DNA of 64,000 nt from Deltaproteobacteria bacterium (GTDB taxonomy: Bacteria; Acidobacteriota; Thermoanaerobaculia; Multivoradales; JAHZIX01), in the NCBI GenBank assembly GCA_022601195.1, contig JAHZIX010000045.1:628884-692883 (forward strand), written 5' to 3'. The notes under the pieces are model-generated. The model had not been told where the DNA came from. It worked only from the letters and a program-made list of their open reading frames with translations, and searched no databases. The position numbers were made by a program, and so were the translations under genes. Below, piece by piece: positions 56,775-64,000 of this stretch (positions are counted from its first letter, which is position 1; every line of letters starts with the position of its first letter).

Positions 56775-58400
56775 CTATTCCGGGTCGACCCAATGGCCCA
56801 CCCTGGAGCTCTCCGAGAGAGCTTCGCTCCATGCTTCAGAGCCATTCCAAGCGAAAGCCCCGTTCCAGGCAAACGCCCCATTCCAAGCGAAGGCCCCGTT
56901 CCATGCGAAGGCGCCATTCCATGCGAAGGCTCCATTCCAAGCAAAGGCCCCGTTCCAAGCGAAGGCTCCATTCCAGGCGAAGGCATCGACACCTTCCAGG
57001 TAGAAGCTACCGTCTTCAGCTTCTCTAGCCAGGCCGACGAAGTGCTGCTCTCCAAGGAGCTCCTCTTCGATGTCGAGACCGGTGTTTGCGCAGCCATACT
57101 GCTCCGACTGAACCGCATCGAAGGCATCTGCAACCCCTGCTCCTTGTTGAAAAATGCTGTAGCCCAACGTCCCATCTTCCTTGAGGGCTGGCCGGGCAGA
57201 AGACATGAGACGGCATTTGACATCATTCGGGCTCAAGCTCGGCTCGGCCTCCAACATCAGGGCAGCGATACCGGAGGTCACGGCAGCGGCCTGCGAAGTC
57301 CCCGACATCTCGAAAAAGCTTCCGCTGGCCCAGAACTCTGGGTGTTCAGAAGCGAGTTGTGCGTGATCCGGCATGTAGGCGAGGATATGGCCGCCCGGAG
57401 CCACTAGGTCTGGTTTCACAAAGCCCTCGGCTGTCGGTCCGGCGGCTGAGAAAGTGGTGAGTTTGTCGTCTGATAGATCCTCGGGAGTGTAGGAATCCGT
57501 CATAGCGCCCACCGAGATGACATAGGGCACGTTACCGGGAGCACCTATGGTCACCGGGTCCGGTCCTCCATTACCCGCCGCGGCCACCACCACAATGCCG
57601 CTCTGCCAGGCCTTCATGACAGCTAAGTTCATCGGGTCATCCCAATAGGCGGAGCGAGGAGTGGCGCTGAAAGACAGATTGACGATGCGGATGCCATAGG
57701 CTTCCTTATTTGAAACGACCCAGTCGAGGGCTCGAATGACGTCCGCATAGGTACCCCGCCCATCGCTGTCAAAGGCTTTCACGGAGACGAGATCCGCGTT
57801 GGGCGCGATGCCGTTGAATTCTCCGGAATCCAGACCCACGGCACTGCTCAGGCTGGCGCCAACGATATGAGTACCGTGGCCGTTGTCGTCATCGGAGGTG
57901 TAGTACACCTCTCGGTCGTCAATGGCATTGTATTGCGCTAGGAGCCGAGTCCGATTTCTCGTGTTCCTGGTGAGGGACTTGTGGGCACTGATTCCAGTAT
58001 CAATGAAGGCAATCGTGACCCCTGAGCCCGTTAGACCTTCATCGTGAACCTCATCAGCTCGAATCAGGCTGGGGAAATTTGTCGAGGGGCAGCTTTCGCC
58101 GTGGCCTGCAGATTTCACGGGACTATTCACGAAAATACGGAGGTTACCTGGCATCTCCTGCAGGGCCACGCGCTGCCTCTCGGTAACGACCGCCGCCACT
58201 GAATGGATAATGCCTAGCTCATGGGTCGTCGTGCCCCCCACGGCTGCGACGGCCAGGCGAGCTTGGGCTACATCCTGTGCCTGGACGAGAATGGCAATGG
58301 GCGTTGGATCGACTCGAGGGGCACTCGAGGGAGAGCCTGCTATCCAAGAGGCCAGGAGTAGCAAGAGCACGGACAAGAGAGAGTTGTTTCTGAACCACAT
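56775..58400 (-). CDS. secreted subtilisin-like serine protease (S8) with C-terminal (AFAWNG)x8 repeat
   Basis: Signal peptide. Catalytic D (AFIDTGI), H (HGTHIVG), S (GTSQAAAVTSG). Confidence 0.8.
   Translation of the reverse strand: MWFRNNSLLSVLLLLLASWIAGSPSSAPRVDPTPIAILVQAQDVAQARLAVAAVGGTTTHELGIIHSVAAVVTERQRVALQEMPGNLRIFVNSPVKSAGHGESCPSTNFPSLIRADEVHDEGLTGSGVTIAFIDTGISAHKSLTRNTRNRTRLLAQYNAIDDREVYYTSDDDNGHGTHIVGASLSSAVGLDSGEFNGIAPNADLVSVKAFDSDGRGTYADVIRALDWVVSNKEAYGIRIVNLSFSATPRSAYWDDPMNLAVMKAWQSGIVVVAAAGNGGPDPVTIGAPGNVPYVISVGAMTDSYTPEDLSDDKLTTFSAAGPTAEGFVKPDLVAPGGHILAYMPDHAQLASEHPEFWASGSFFEMSGTSQAAAVTSGIAALMLEAEPSLSPNDVKCRLMSSARPALKEDGTLGYSIFQQGAGVADAFDAVQSEQYGCANTGLDIEEELLGEQHFVGLAREAEDGSFYLEGVDAFAWNGAFAWNGAFAWNGAFAWNGAFAWNGAFAWNGAFAWNGAFAWNGSEAWSEALSESSRVGHWVDPE
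56845..56990. repeat. eight tandem 18-bp units encoding AFAWNG; DNA units differ at synonymous sites while the peptide is invariant
   Basis: Read directly on the minus-strand coding sequence: units such as gccattccaagcgaaagc / cccgttccaggcaaacgc / cccattccaagcgaaggc ... Confidence 0.85.
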
Positions 58401-58715
58401 AGCGGGCTCCTATTCGGTATTCACAAATAATGACAGCCAAATGCAGGAAGAACAACTATCGCAAGTTGTATTCCATCGATCTCCTACTATTTCCGTAAGT
58501 GAGAGTGTTGCTGTAAGGAAGACGAATTCTGAGAGAAATCAATAGGAGACGAGGAAAAACGAACCTGCCAGGGAGCTAGGTGATCTGGCTTTGTCTTTGG
58601 AGAGAATTGTGCCCCATTGAGGGAGGAAGTGGAGGTGGGAGTTAGCCTCAATGGGGTTGCAAAAAATTGGTGTTTCCGGTTGTCGTTTTGGGTAGTTGAC
58701 AAAAAATCGGTGCCT

Positions 58716-59126
58716 CTACATGCCAAATTTTCCCCGCGCCTGCTCCAAAACGCTTTCGTCGACCACGCCATGGCCATTCGTCTGAGCGAAATGTTCGACT
58801 CCCTGTTTAGCCATGGGACGGACGAAATCAGGAATGTTCTCCAGACGAGCCAGAGCTTCCGGTGTCCAGGCGATTCCCTCGGAGGGTGTCGCCTCCATCT
58901 GAGCGACCACATCGGAGAAGGGGCATTTTCCTGGGGTGTTATCCGCGGCTGGGCCAATCTTGACTCCGAGGGATTGGACCATCTGGGTCTCGGAGGGGTT
59001 TGTCAGCATGGCGATTTGAGAGGAGCAGATCGGGCATTGGAAAACGGCGCTCAAGGTACCACTCTGCGGCGTTTCCGTCGCCTGTAGTTTCATTGCTTCG
59101 TCGCACTGCACACAGAGAAATTTCAT
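58716..59126 (-). CDS. zinc-ribbon + PCP_red-domain protein (136 aa)
   Basis: CxxC...CxxC (CVQCDE...CPICSS). C-terminal WTPEALARLENIPDFVRPMAKQGVEHFAQTNGHGVVD resembles the C-terminal domain of protochlorophyllide reductase subunit B. Confidence 0.5.
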   Translation of the reverse strand: MKFLCVQCDEAMKLQATETPQSGTLSAVFQCPICSSQIAMLTNPSETQMVQSLGVKIGPAADNTPGKCPFSDVVAQMEATPSEGIAWTPEALARLENIPDFVRPMAKQGVEHFAQTNGHGVVDESVLEQARGKFGM

Positions 59127-59995
59127 GATCGTCTTCCTTCCAGAGCTAGAACCAGGTTTTGAGCGACCGCCTCGATAGCCTGCGCGGAGGGGCGGTCTTG
59201 GCTTTCGGCCTCGGGCCAGCCGCGATCGCAGAGCTCGGCTAGGGCCGGATCAAAGGGAATCCGTCCTAAAAGAGGCAATGGAATCGGCGTCGTGGCAGCG
59301 GGAAAAAGAGGCTTGATTTCATCGCAATCTTGGCAATAGTAGCCGGCCATGTTCTCTACGTAGCCGACCATGTCTGCGCCCGCAGCTTCCAGCGCCGCGA
59401 CAGAACGAGCCACCACCCCTCGAGCGACATCCGAGGGAACCGTAACCAGGGCAAACAGCGTATCGGCAGGCAGAAAGTCCGCGAACTGAACACTCCGCTC
59501 TGCTCCGGGTGGTAGATCGAAGAGCAGATAGTCGAGAGACCCCCAATCTAGGCTTCCCATGAGCTGGCCTAGAAAGGCAAACTCCTTGGTGGAGCGCCAA
59601 ACGTGCTCGTCCCCTTGTGAGACTGTCTCCAAGGAAACTGGCCGGTCGGCAGGGACCAGGCTGCCCATGGAGACGACCCCGATTCCATCCGGCCGACGAG
59701 GCACTGACAAGCCACGGGCACCAGGAACCCAGGGCGCTGCCGTGAGACCGGCGAGGTGAGCTTGGCAGGGCCCATTGAAGTCCGCATCGAGGATCGCCAC
59801 GGTAGCTCCACCGGCTCGTAGGGCCTGAGCGAGGGCCATGGTCACTGTGCTCTTGCCGACTCCCCCTTTGCCAGATCCTACGGCAACCCGGAAACGAACG
59901 CCCGCCAGGGCGCTCTGAATCGCTTCCAGTTGGGCTTCAACTTGGGCTACGACGTTGGAACCGCCGTCTCCCTGAATATCGAAATAGCTCTTCAT
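59123..59995 (-). CDS. Mrp/NBP35-family P-loop ATPase (iron-sulfur cluster carrier, ApbC-like)
   Basis: Deviant Walker A VGSGKGGVGKST, Mrp C-terminal CxxC (YYCQDCDE). ATG at 59995 (MKSYFDIQGD) preferred; the track ORF extends to 60058. Confidence 0.8.
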   Translation of the reverse strand: MKSYFDIQGDGGSNVVAQVEAQLEAIQSALAGVRFRVAVGSGKGGVGKSTVTMALAQALRAGGATVAILDADFNGPCQAHLAGLTAAPWVPGARGLSVPRRPDGIGVVSMGSLVPADRPVSLETVSQGDEHVWRSTKEFAFLGQLMGSLDWGSLDYLLFDLPPGAERSVQFADFLPADTLFALVTVPSDVARGVVARSVAALEAAGADMVGYVENMAGYYCQDCDEIKPLFPAATTPIPLPLLGRIPFDPALAELCDRGWPEAESQDRPSAQAIEAVAQNLVLALEGRRS

Positions 59996-60094
59996 GGTGT
60001 GGTCATCACGGATTTGTCTTCTGTCTCTCGTTTCTCTTCTGCCCACTCCCTCCCCCATCGCCGTGATGCCGGGTATGTTGGCGGTGGGCTAGGC

Positions 60095-60955
60095 TCAGAG
60101 GGGCGTCGCAGTCGCTTCGAGTCGATCATACTTGGCCTGAGGTTCAAATCCCAGGTTCGCCAGAACCTCAGTATCCATTTCCCCAGGGAGCAGGCGAGGG
60201 ATTCGCAGTGGCAAATTGCCGATGCTTGCCAGGTGGCCGACCAGGATGCCGAGAAGTAGCTCGCTCCGGCTTGGATCCCGGCACCCGGAAGCGAGAATGT
60301 CGATCACTTCGTCCGGCGGGTCAGCGGTGCGAAACAGAACGAAGGCTTCGGTTTGCTCCGGGGAAGCGATACAAAGGCCTTGCAGGCTTTCCTCTCGATT
60401 CAGGAGGGTCTGGAGGGTGCGCTCCCAGGCTGCTCCGGATGGTGGCTGCAGGAGTCCTTGATCGACCAACTCCGCCACGGTAGTGGGCAGAAGAAGACCC
60501 TCCGGGGCTGGAGTTCCCGGCGTCCGAGGCCGTTGGTAGTCGGTCAGGGGTTCCCCGGCTCGGGAGTAGCCTGCTGAGGCGAATAGCGAATTCACCTCGG
60601 GGCGATCCAAGGGGATCTCGGCAATCAGTCGCTCCGGTCCTAGGACAGCTAATTTTTGACTCAGGGAGGTCAGCATGTGTCGAGCGTGGCCTCGTCGCTG
60701 GTAGTCCTGCCGCACGCCAACGAGGTGAATCAACACCTCTTCTGGACGCTTGGTCCCCATCATGATGCCAATAGGCTCCTTGCCCTCCGTGGCCACCATG
60801 GCGTTGCTGACCCAGACATTGAGCTCTTTTACTTTGGTTCGCAGGCCGTCGACGGTCAGGGGGAGCGTACCGGGAAGATGAACATTGAAACATTCATTGA
60901 CCGCTTGGCACAGGAGGGGCATGTCGTCCGGGCGGCAAAAGCGATAGGAAACCAT
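60095..60955 (-). CDS. GNAT-family acetyltransferase-like protein
   Basis: LVGVRQDYQRRGHARHML acetyl-CoA-binding-like motif. Start at MVSYRF (60955). The track's N-terminal extension overlaps the upstream gene and is Arg/Pro-rich junk. Confidence 0.5.
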   Translation of the reverse strand: MVSYRFCRPDDMPLLCQAVNECFNVHLPGTLPLTVDGLRTKVKELNVWVSNAMVATEGKEPIGIMMGTKRPEEVLIHLVGVRQDYQRRGHARHMLTSLSQKLAVLGPERLIAEIPLDRPEVNSLFASAGYSRAGEPLTDYQRPRTPGTPAPEGLLLPTTVAELVDQGLLQPPSGAAWERTLQTLLNREESLQGLCIASPEQTEAFVLFRTADPPDEVIDILASGCRDPSRSELLLGILVGHLASIGNLPLRIPRLLPGEMDTEVLANLGFEPQAKYDRLEATATPL

Positions 60956-61034
60956 AATGAAGGAGCCCCGACGGCTGGTCTCGCCATCGGGGCCCGTAAT
61001 TCTCTCTTGGTCAGTCCAGTCTTGGGTCCTGGAT

Positions 61035-63122
61035 CTAGTTCTCGTTGAGCTCGCGTCGTTTCTTTTCCATCGCGGACATGAGGCCGACCTCATTGAGGGC
61101 CGGGCCAGGAGAGGAGTCCGCCGCATCGACGGGACAGGATTCCTCCGCCGGGGTCTCCGGGGCCGCTTCCGCGGCTGGCTTGGTAGCTTCCCCGCCGCCG
61201 TATTGGCCAAGCATTTCGGCCATCATTTGCTTGCCGTATTCGATGCCATCTTCTACCAGGGCGAGATCGATCTCGACGGCCCCTCTTTCCTCGGCAACCT
61301 CCTCGATACGGCTCTGGGTGCGGTCCCGCATGAAGCCCGAAGGGACGCGCAAGACTCTCTCGATGGCACCCTCTGTCCAGTCAAAGGCTGAAATCAGAGG
61401 AACATTCTTGGAATCTCGAGCGAGGATACGTAGCTCCGGATCTTCCTCGAGGGAGGTCGCCGTTACCGGTTCCGGGCTCGCGATGGAGTTGTCATCTGAC
61501 TCTGCGATCTCCGGGCGCACTGGAGGGGTGTAGAGAACGCCAGTCTCTTCCTCCACGAAGCGTTGGGCAAAGTCGAGGGTGATGGGATCGAGCTTCTTGA
61601 CCCGGGCTGATTTTTCGATCCGGGCTTTGGCTCGACGTCGCTGGTATTTGTCTTCGATGGAGCGTAGGGCGCCTCGGGCGTCCTTGGTCCAACGCAGCTT
61701 GCGGCCATCGTAGGTGATTTCTTCTTCGATACCCCCTTCGGACCGGGCGATCTTCTCGAGAATCTCCTGAGACACCGTTTCGAAGTCTTCTGCGTTGCAA
61801 ACGGTGCACTTGGCGGGATCTGGAACGCGGGCGGCAACGCCGCACTGCTTGCAGATTGCCACCGGCTCCCGGCTCGCTTTGTCGAGGGCTAGAGCCTCCG
61901 CCAGCTTGGTGGTGGATTTGCCGGTTTGCTTCGGCATAAAGCGCTCCATAGCCTCTGTCACCAAGTCACTGGTCACGACGCTATGCCCTTTTTCTAGAGC
62001 GAGTCGGAGAATTGCGGTCTTAGCGATACCGAGCACCATTTCTGGAACCCGCACCATGCGTGCCTCCGCCTCTTCCGTCCAATGGATGCTCTCTTCCGCC
62101 TTGAGATCGATTTCCGGGGTGACTTCAGAGGTGGTCAGCAGTACGTCGCAAGGGCTGAAGCGAAGCAGGTTCTCGGTATTGCTGCCCAAGCCTTCGTAGC
62201 CATCTTCCCGGTGTACGCCGGTCCGGCCCATGATCATGAGCCAGGGGTTGGTTTTGCGGGCATGATCGAGGACCTTCTGGAAGGCCTTGCCATCCAGAAG
62301 GGTCTTGGTGACTTCCAAGCCTTCCTCTCGCACCATGGTCTCAGCTACGTTGAGGTGGCTTTGGTAGATCTCCGCCAGACCGGTATCGATAATCTCTTCG
62401 TGGAGCTGGTTTTGCTCTTCGAAGCGGAAAATCTTCGCAGCCTTGTCCGTCAAGACCTCGACGATTCCCTTGAACACGGCATAGTGCAAATAGGGATCGT
62501 AGACGCCGATGACTTCGACCTTCTTGTTGAAGCGCTTGGCCATCTCGACGCCCGTCATCAGAGACCCAAAGGATTGGGGACTACCGTCGACACAAACCAG
62601 AATCGTGTCGCTTTCAACTTCCCCCTTCTTGGGAAGATTCTTGACCACCCAGACGTCTCGATCCGCTTCCTGGGCGACGCTGCGGCAGACGGCACCCAAC
62701 TGGCTATCTTTCGTCCGGCCGATGCCGACAGCTCCAAGAACCACCAGGTCGTAGCTGCTCTCGCCGATGTCCTTGAGGATCTCGACGGTGTGCTTGCCGT
62801 CCATCATCTTGCGCTCGCACTCGAGGCCGTTTTTCTGGCACTGCTCATCCATAGACTGCAGGTAGCAGTCGGAAATCAGCTCCAGTCCCATGGTGATCAG
62901 GCTGTCGTGAATCTTTCGCTGGCGATGGAGCTCATTCTCTACCAGATACTCTTCCGGCAGGGTGAACTCCATCTGGCGAAAACGATAGTCGTGCATTTTG
63001 GCGGCGTAGACATGGCAGCCAACCAGCTTCGATTGGTACTCCTTACCCAGGCGCACGGCGCAATCGATGGCACGATTGGAATGGGGCGAATTGTCGACCG
63101 GAACATAAATCGTTTCGTACAT
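61035..63122 (-). CDS. tandem universal-stress-protein (UspA x2) domains fused to PCP_red - zinc ribbon - PCP_red
   Basis: Two Usp-like modules (IYVPVDNSPHS...; ILVCVDGSPQS...), each followed by VVLGAVG / MIMGRTG. PCP_red-like IHWTEEAEARMVRVPEMVLGIAKTAILRLALEKGHSVV and FDWTEGAIERVLRVPSGFMRDRTQSRIEEVAEERGAVEI flank CKQCG...CTVCN. Confidence 0.6.
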   Translation of the reverse strand: MYETIYVPVDNSPHSNRAIDCAVRLGKEYQSKLVGCHVYAAKMHDYRFRQMEFTLPEEYLVENELHRQRKIHDSLITMGLELISDCYLQSMDEQCQKNGLECERKMMDGKHTVEILKDIGESSYDLVVLGAVGIGRTKDSQLGAVCRSVAQEADRDVWVVKNLPKKGEVESDTILVCVDGSPQSFGSLMTGVEMAKRFNKKVEVIGVYDPYLHYAVFKGIVEVLTDKAAKIFRFEEQNQLHEEIIDTGLAEIYQSHLNVAETMVREEGLEVTKTLLDGKAFQKVLDHARKTNPWLMIMGRTGVHREDGYEGLGSNTENLLRFSPCDVLLTTSEVTPEIDLKAEESIHWTEEAEARMVRVPEMVLGIAKTAILRLALEKGHSVVTSDLVTEAMERFMPKQTGKSTTKLAEALALDKASREPVAICKQCGVAARVPDPAKCTVCNAEDFETVSQEILEKIARSEGGIEEEITYDGRKLRWTKDARGALRSIEDKYQRRRAKARIEKSARVKKLDPITLDFAQRFVEEETGVLYTPPVRPEIAESDDNSIASPEPVTATSLEEDPELRILARDSKNVPLISAFDWTEGAIERVLRVPSGFMRDRTQSRIEEVAEERGAVEIDLALVEDGIEYGKQMMAEMLGQYGGGEATKPAAEAAPETPAEESCPVDAADSSPGPALNEVGLMSAMEKKRRELNEN

Positions 63123-63172
63123 TGATGCTCTCCAAAGAGGCTGCTCTCGAGCGGTCAGGCGGACCTGCCTGG

Positions 63173-64000
63173 CTACGCTCTCGCCGCCTCCGATTTCTTC
63201 TTCCTACGTACCCAGCCGATGATGAGTAGCTCGAGGGCGAGAACGCCTAGGCCCGCCTTGACCATAGGGGCCACGGGGGACGGAGCTTCTCGCGGTTTCA
63301 GATAGACGTTGTACCAGGGAGTCAGCGCGCGCTTGTTGCCGCGCTCCCGATTGAAGCCGTTCCAGACCGAAAAGGCAACCGGCAGGAAGACTCCTTCTTC
63401 GAAAGTCATGCTCGACCCGCTCCGAAGCTTGCGCTTGAAGATCACGGACCACTGGCCTTCCTCATAGCTGGCGACCATCTCCGGAGCCTTGGATTCCGAT
63501 TCCACGACACTGACGCTGCCTCGCGCCTCGTAGAGCTTGGAGCGTTGGTCGGCGAGGTCTGCGTACCAGAGCTCAACCGGCAACTCGGTGTCACCAAAGA
63601 GAAAGTAGGGCTTGCGAATCCCCTCGGGGCTCGTTTTTGGGAATTGGAGGGCGACCGCATCGGAGAACTCGCTGGTGGAGGATGCTGCCGAGGCGTCGGC
63701 CGTGTCATCGTCATCCCCCCAAAAGCTGTCGTCGCCTCCCGCGTCGTCAGCTGCCTCTTCCTCGCCCCAGAAGTCCTCGCTGCTATCTTCCTCTGCCTCT
63801 TCCTCGTCCCCCCAAAAGCCGCCGCCATCTTCCTCTTCTTCGTCCGCCACGGAGGCGCCTTCCGGTTGGTCTTCCTCCCAAAGAGGGATCGCCAACTCGG
63901 GGCCATTGAGGCCGGTGGTCTCCGCCGCCATATCGTTCCAGGTGACCTGGAAGGCGATCTCTTCGCGGCTATGAATAGCTCGCACCGAGATGGACGTGGC
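63173..64000 (-). CDS. partial (N-terminus beyond window) membrane-anchored protein with an ethylbenzene-dehydrogenase-like heme-binding domain and an acidic FWG(D/E) repeat insert
   Basis: C-terminal LPVAFSVWNGFNRERGNKRALTPWYNVYL resembles EB_dh/DMSO-reductase heme-b-subunit-like domains. C-terminal TM anchor. The reading frame stays open to the window edge. Confidence 0.35.
   Translation of the reverse strand, partial: ATSISVRAIHSREEIAFQVTWNDMAAETTGLNGPELAIPLWEEDQPEGASVADEEEEDGGGFWGDEEEAEEDSSEDFWGEEEAADDAGGDDSFWGDDDDTADASAASSTSEFSDAVALQFPKTSPEGIRKPYFLFGDTELPVELWYADLADQRSKLYEARGSVSVVESESKAPEMVASYEEGQWSVIFKRKLRSGSSMTFEEGVFLPVAFSVWNGFNRERGNKRALTPWYNVYLKPREAPSPVAPMVKAGLGVLALELLIIGWVRRKKKSEAARA

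Noticed and set aside
58401-58715. AT-richer 315-bp intergenic stretch with a TTGACA hexamer (~58696) considered as a possible ncRNA or + strand promoter
   Set aside because: Both flanking genes are on the minus strand, so a + strand promoter here would drive nothing. No conserved RNA motif, tRNA-like arm or repeat structure is visible. It is most simply the promoter/5'-UTR region of the subtilase gene.
60956-61210. N-terminal 85-aa extension of the GNAT ORF (track 60095-61210)
   Set aside because: The Arg/Pro-rich extension overlaps the 3' end of the Usp/PCP_red gene on the same strand. The internal ATG at 60955 gives a sensible GNAT N-terminus.
1-64000. CRISPR arrays, rRNA, tRNA, IS elements and integrases
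   Set aside because: No spaced direct repeats, no transposase or integrase-like ORFs, and no rRNA- or tRNA-like sequence were seen on either strand. GC content and coding density are uniform apart from short intergenic dips, so there is no evidence of a mobile element in this window. The hicBA relic is the only mobile-DNA-associated trace.

Overview
High-GC (~60%) bacterial chromosomal window, gene-dense on both strands. The acidobacterial-type VWA domain protein, the ACIII-like genes next to an aa3/caa3-type oxidase, and the coproporphyrin-dependent heme genes suggest an Acidobacteria-like origin; this is inference only. Protein-coding content I can support from the translations: (i) a DNA-repair set (xthA, xseA/xseB, an Ada-AlkA fusion with ogt, a YhaM-like HD exonuclease). 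(ii) A minus-strand run of an NfeD/YqiJ-like gene, a flotillin, a 1905-aa protein with a single MoxR/AAA_5-type ATPase module, and a translationally coupled haloalkane dehalogenase. (iii) A heme cluster: a radical-SAM/SPASM protein, then hemQ (chdC), hemH (cpfC) and hemY (cgoX). (iv) A respiratory cluster of ActC-ActD-ActF (no ActA/B/E), a type-1-copper cupredoxin, coxI-coxIII-coxIV, two small membrane ORFs and coxII. (v) Signalling genes: a STAND NTPase/TPR protein, a large hybrid histidine kinase with beta-propeller sensor repeats, and a REC-EAL protein. (vi) Secreted proteins: VWA, a subtilase with an (AFAWNG)x8 tail, a LysM protein. (vii) A PCP_red / Mrp-NBP35 / tandem-Usp+PCP_red cluster. 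I saw no rRNA, tRNA or CRISPR array. The ORF track counts GTG/TTG starts as Met, so several starts below were re-chosen from RBS context. The most promising candidate for an undescribed system is the NfeD-flotillin-giant AAA+ protein locus (2833-11552). Secondary candidates are the PCP_red-Mrp-Usp cluster and the truncated ACIII-cupredoxin-oxidase arrangement. Every call here is from reading motifs by eye; no database search was possible.
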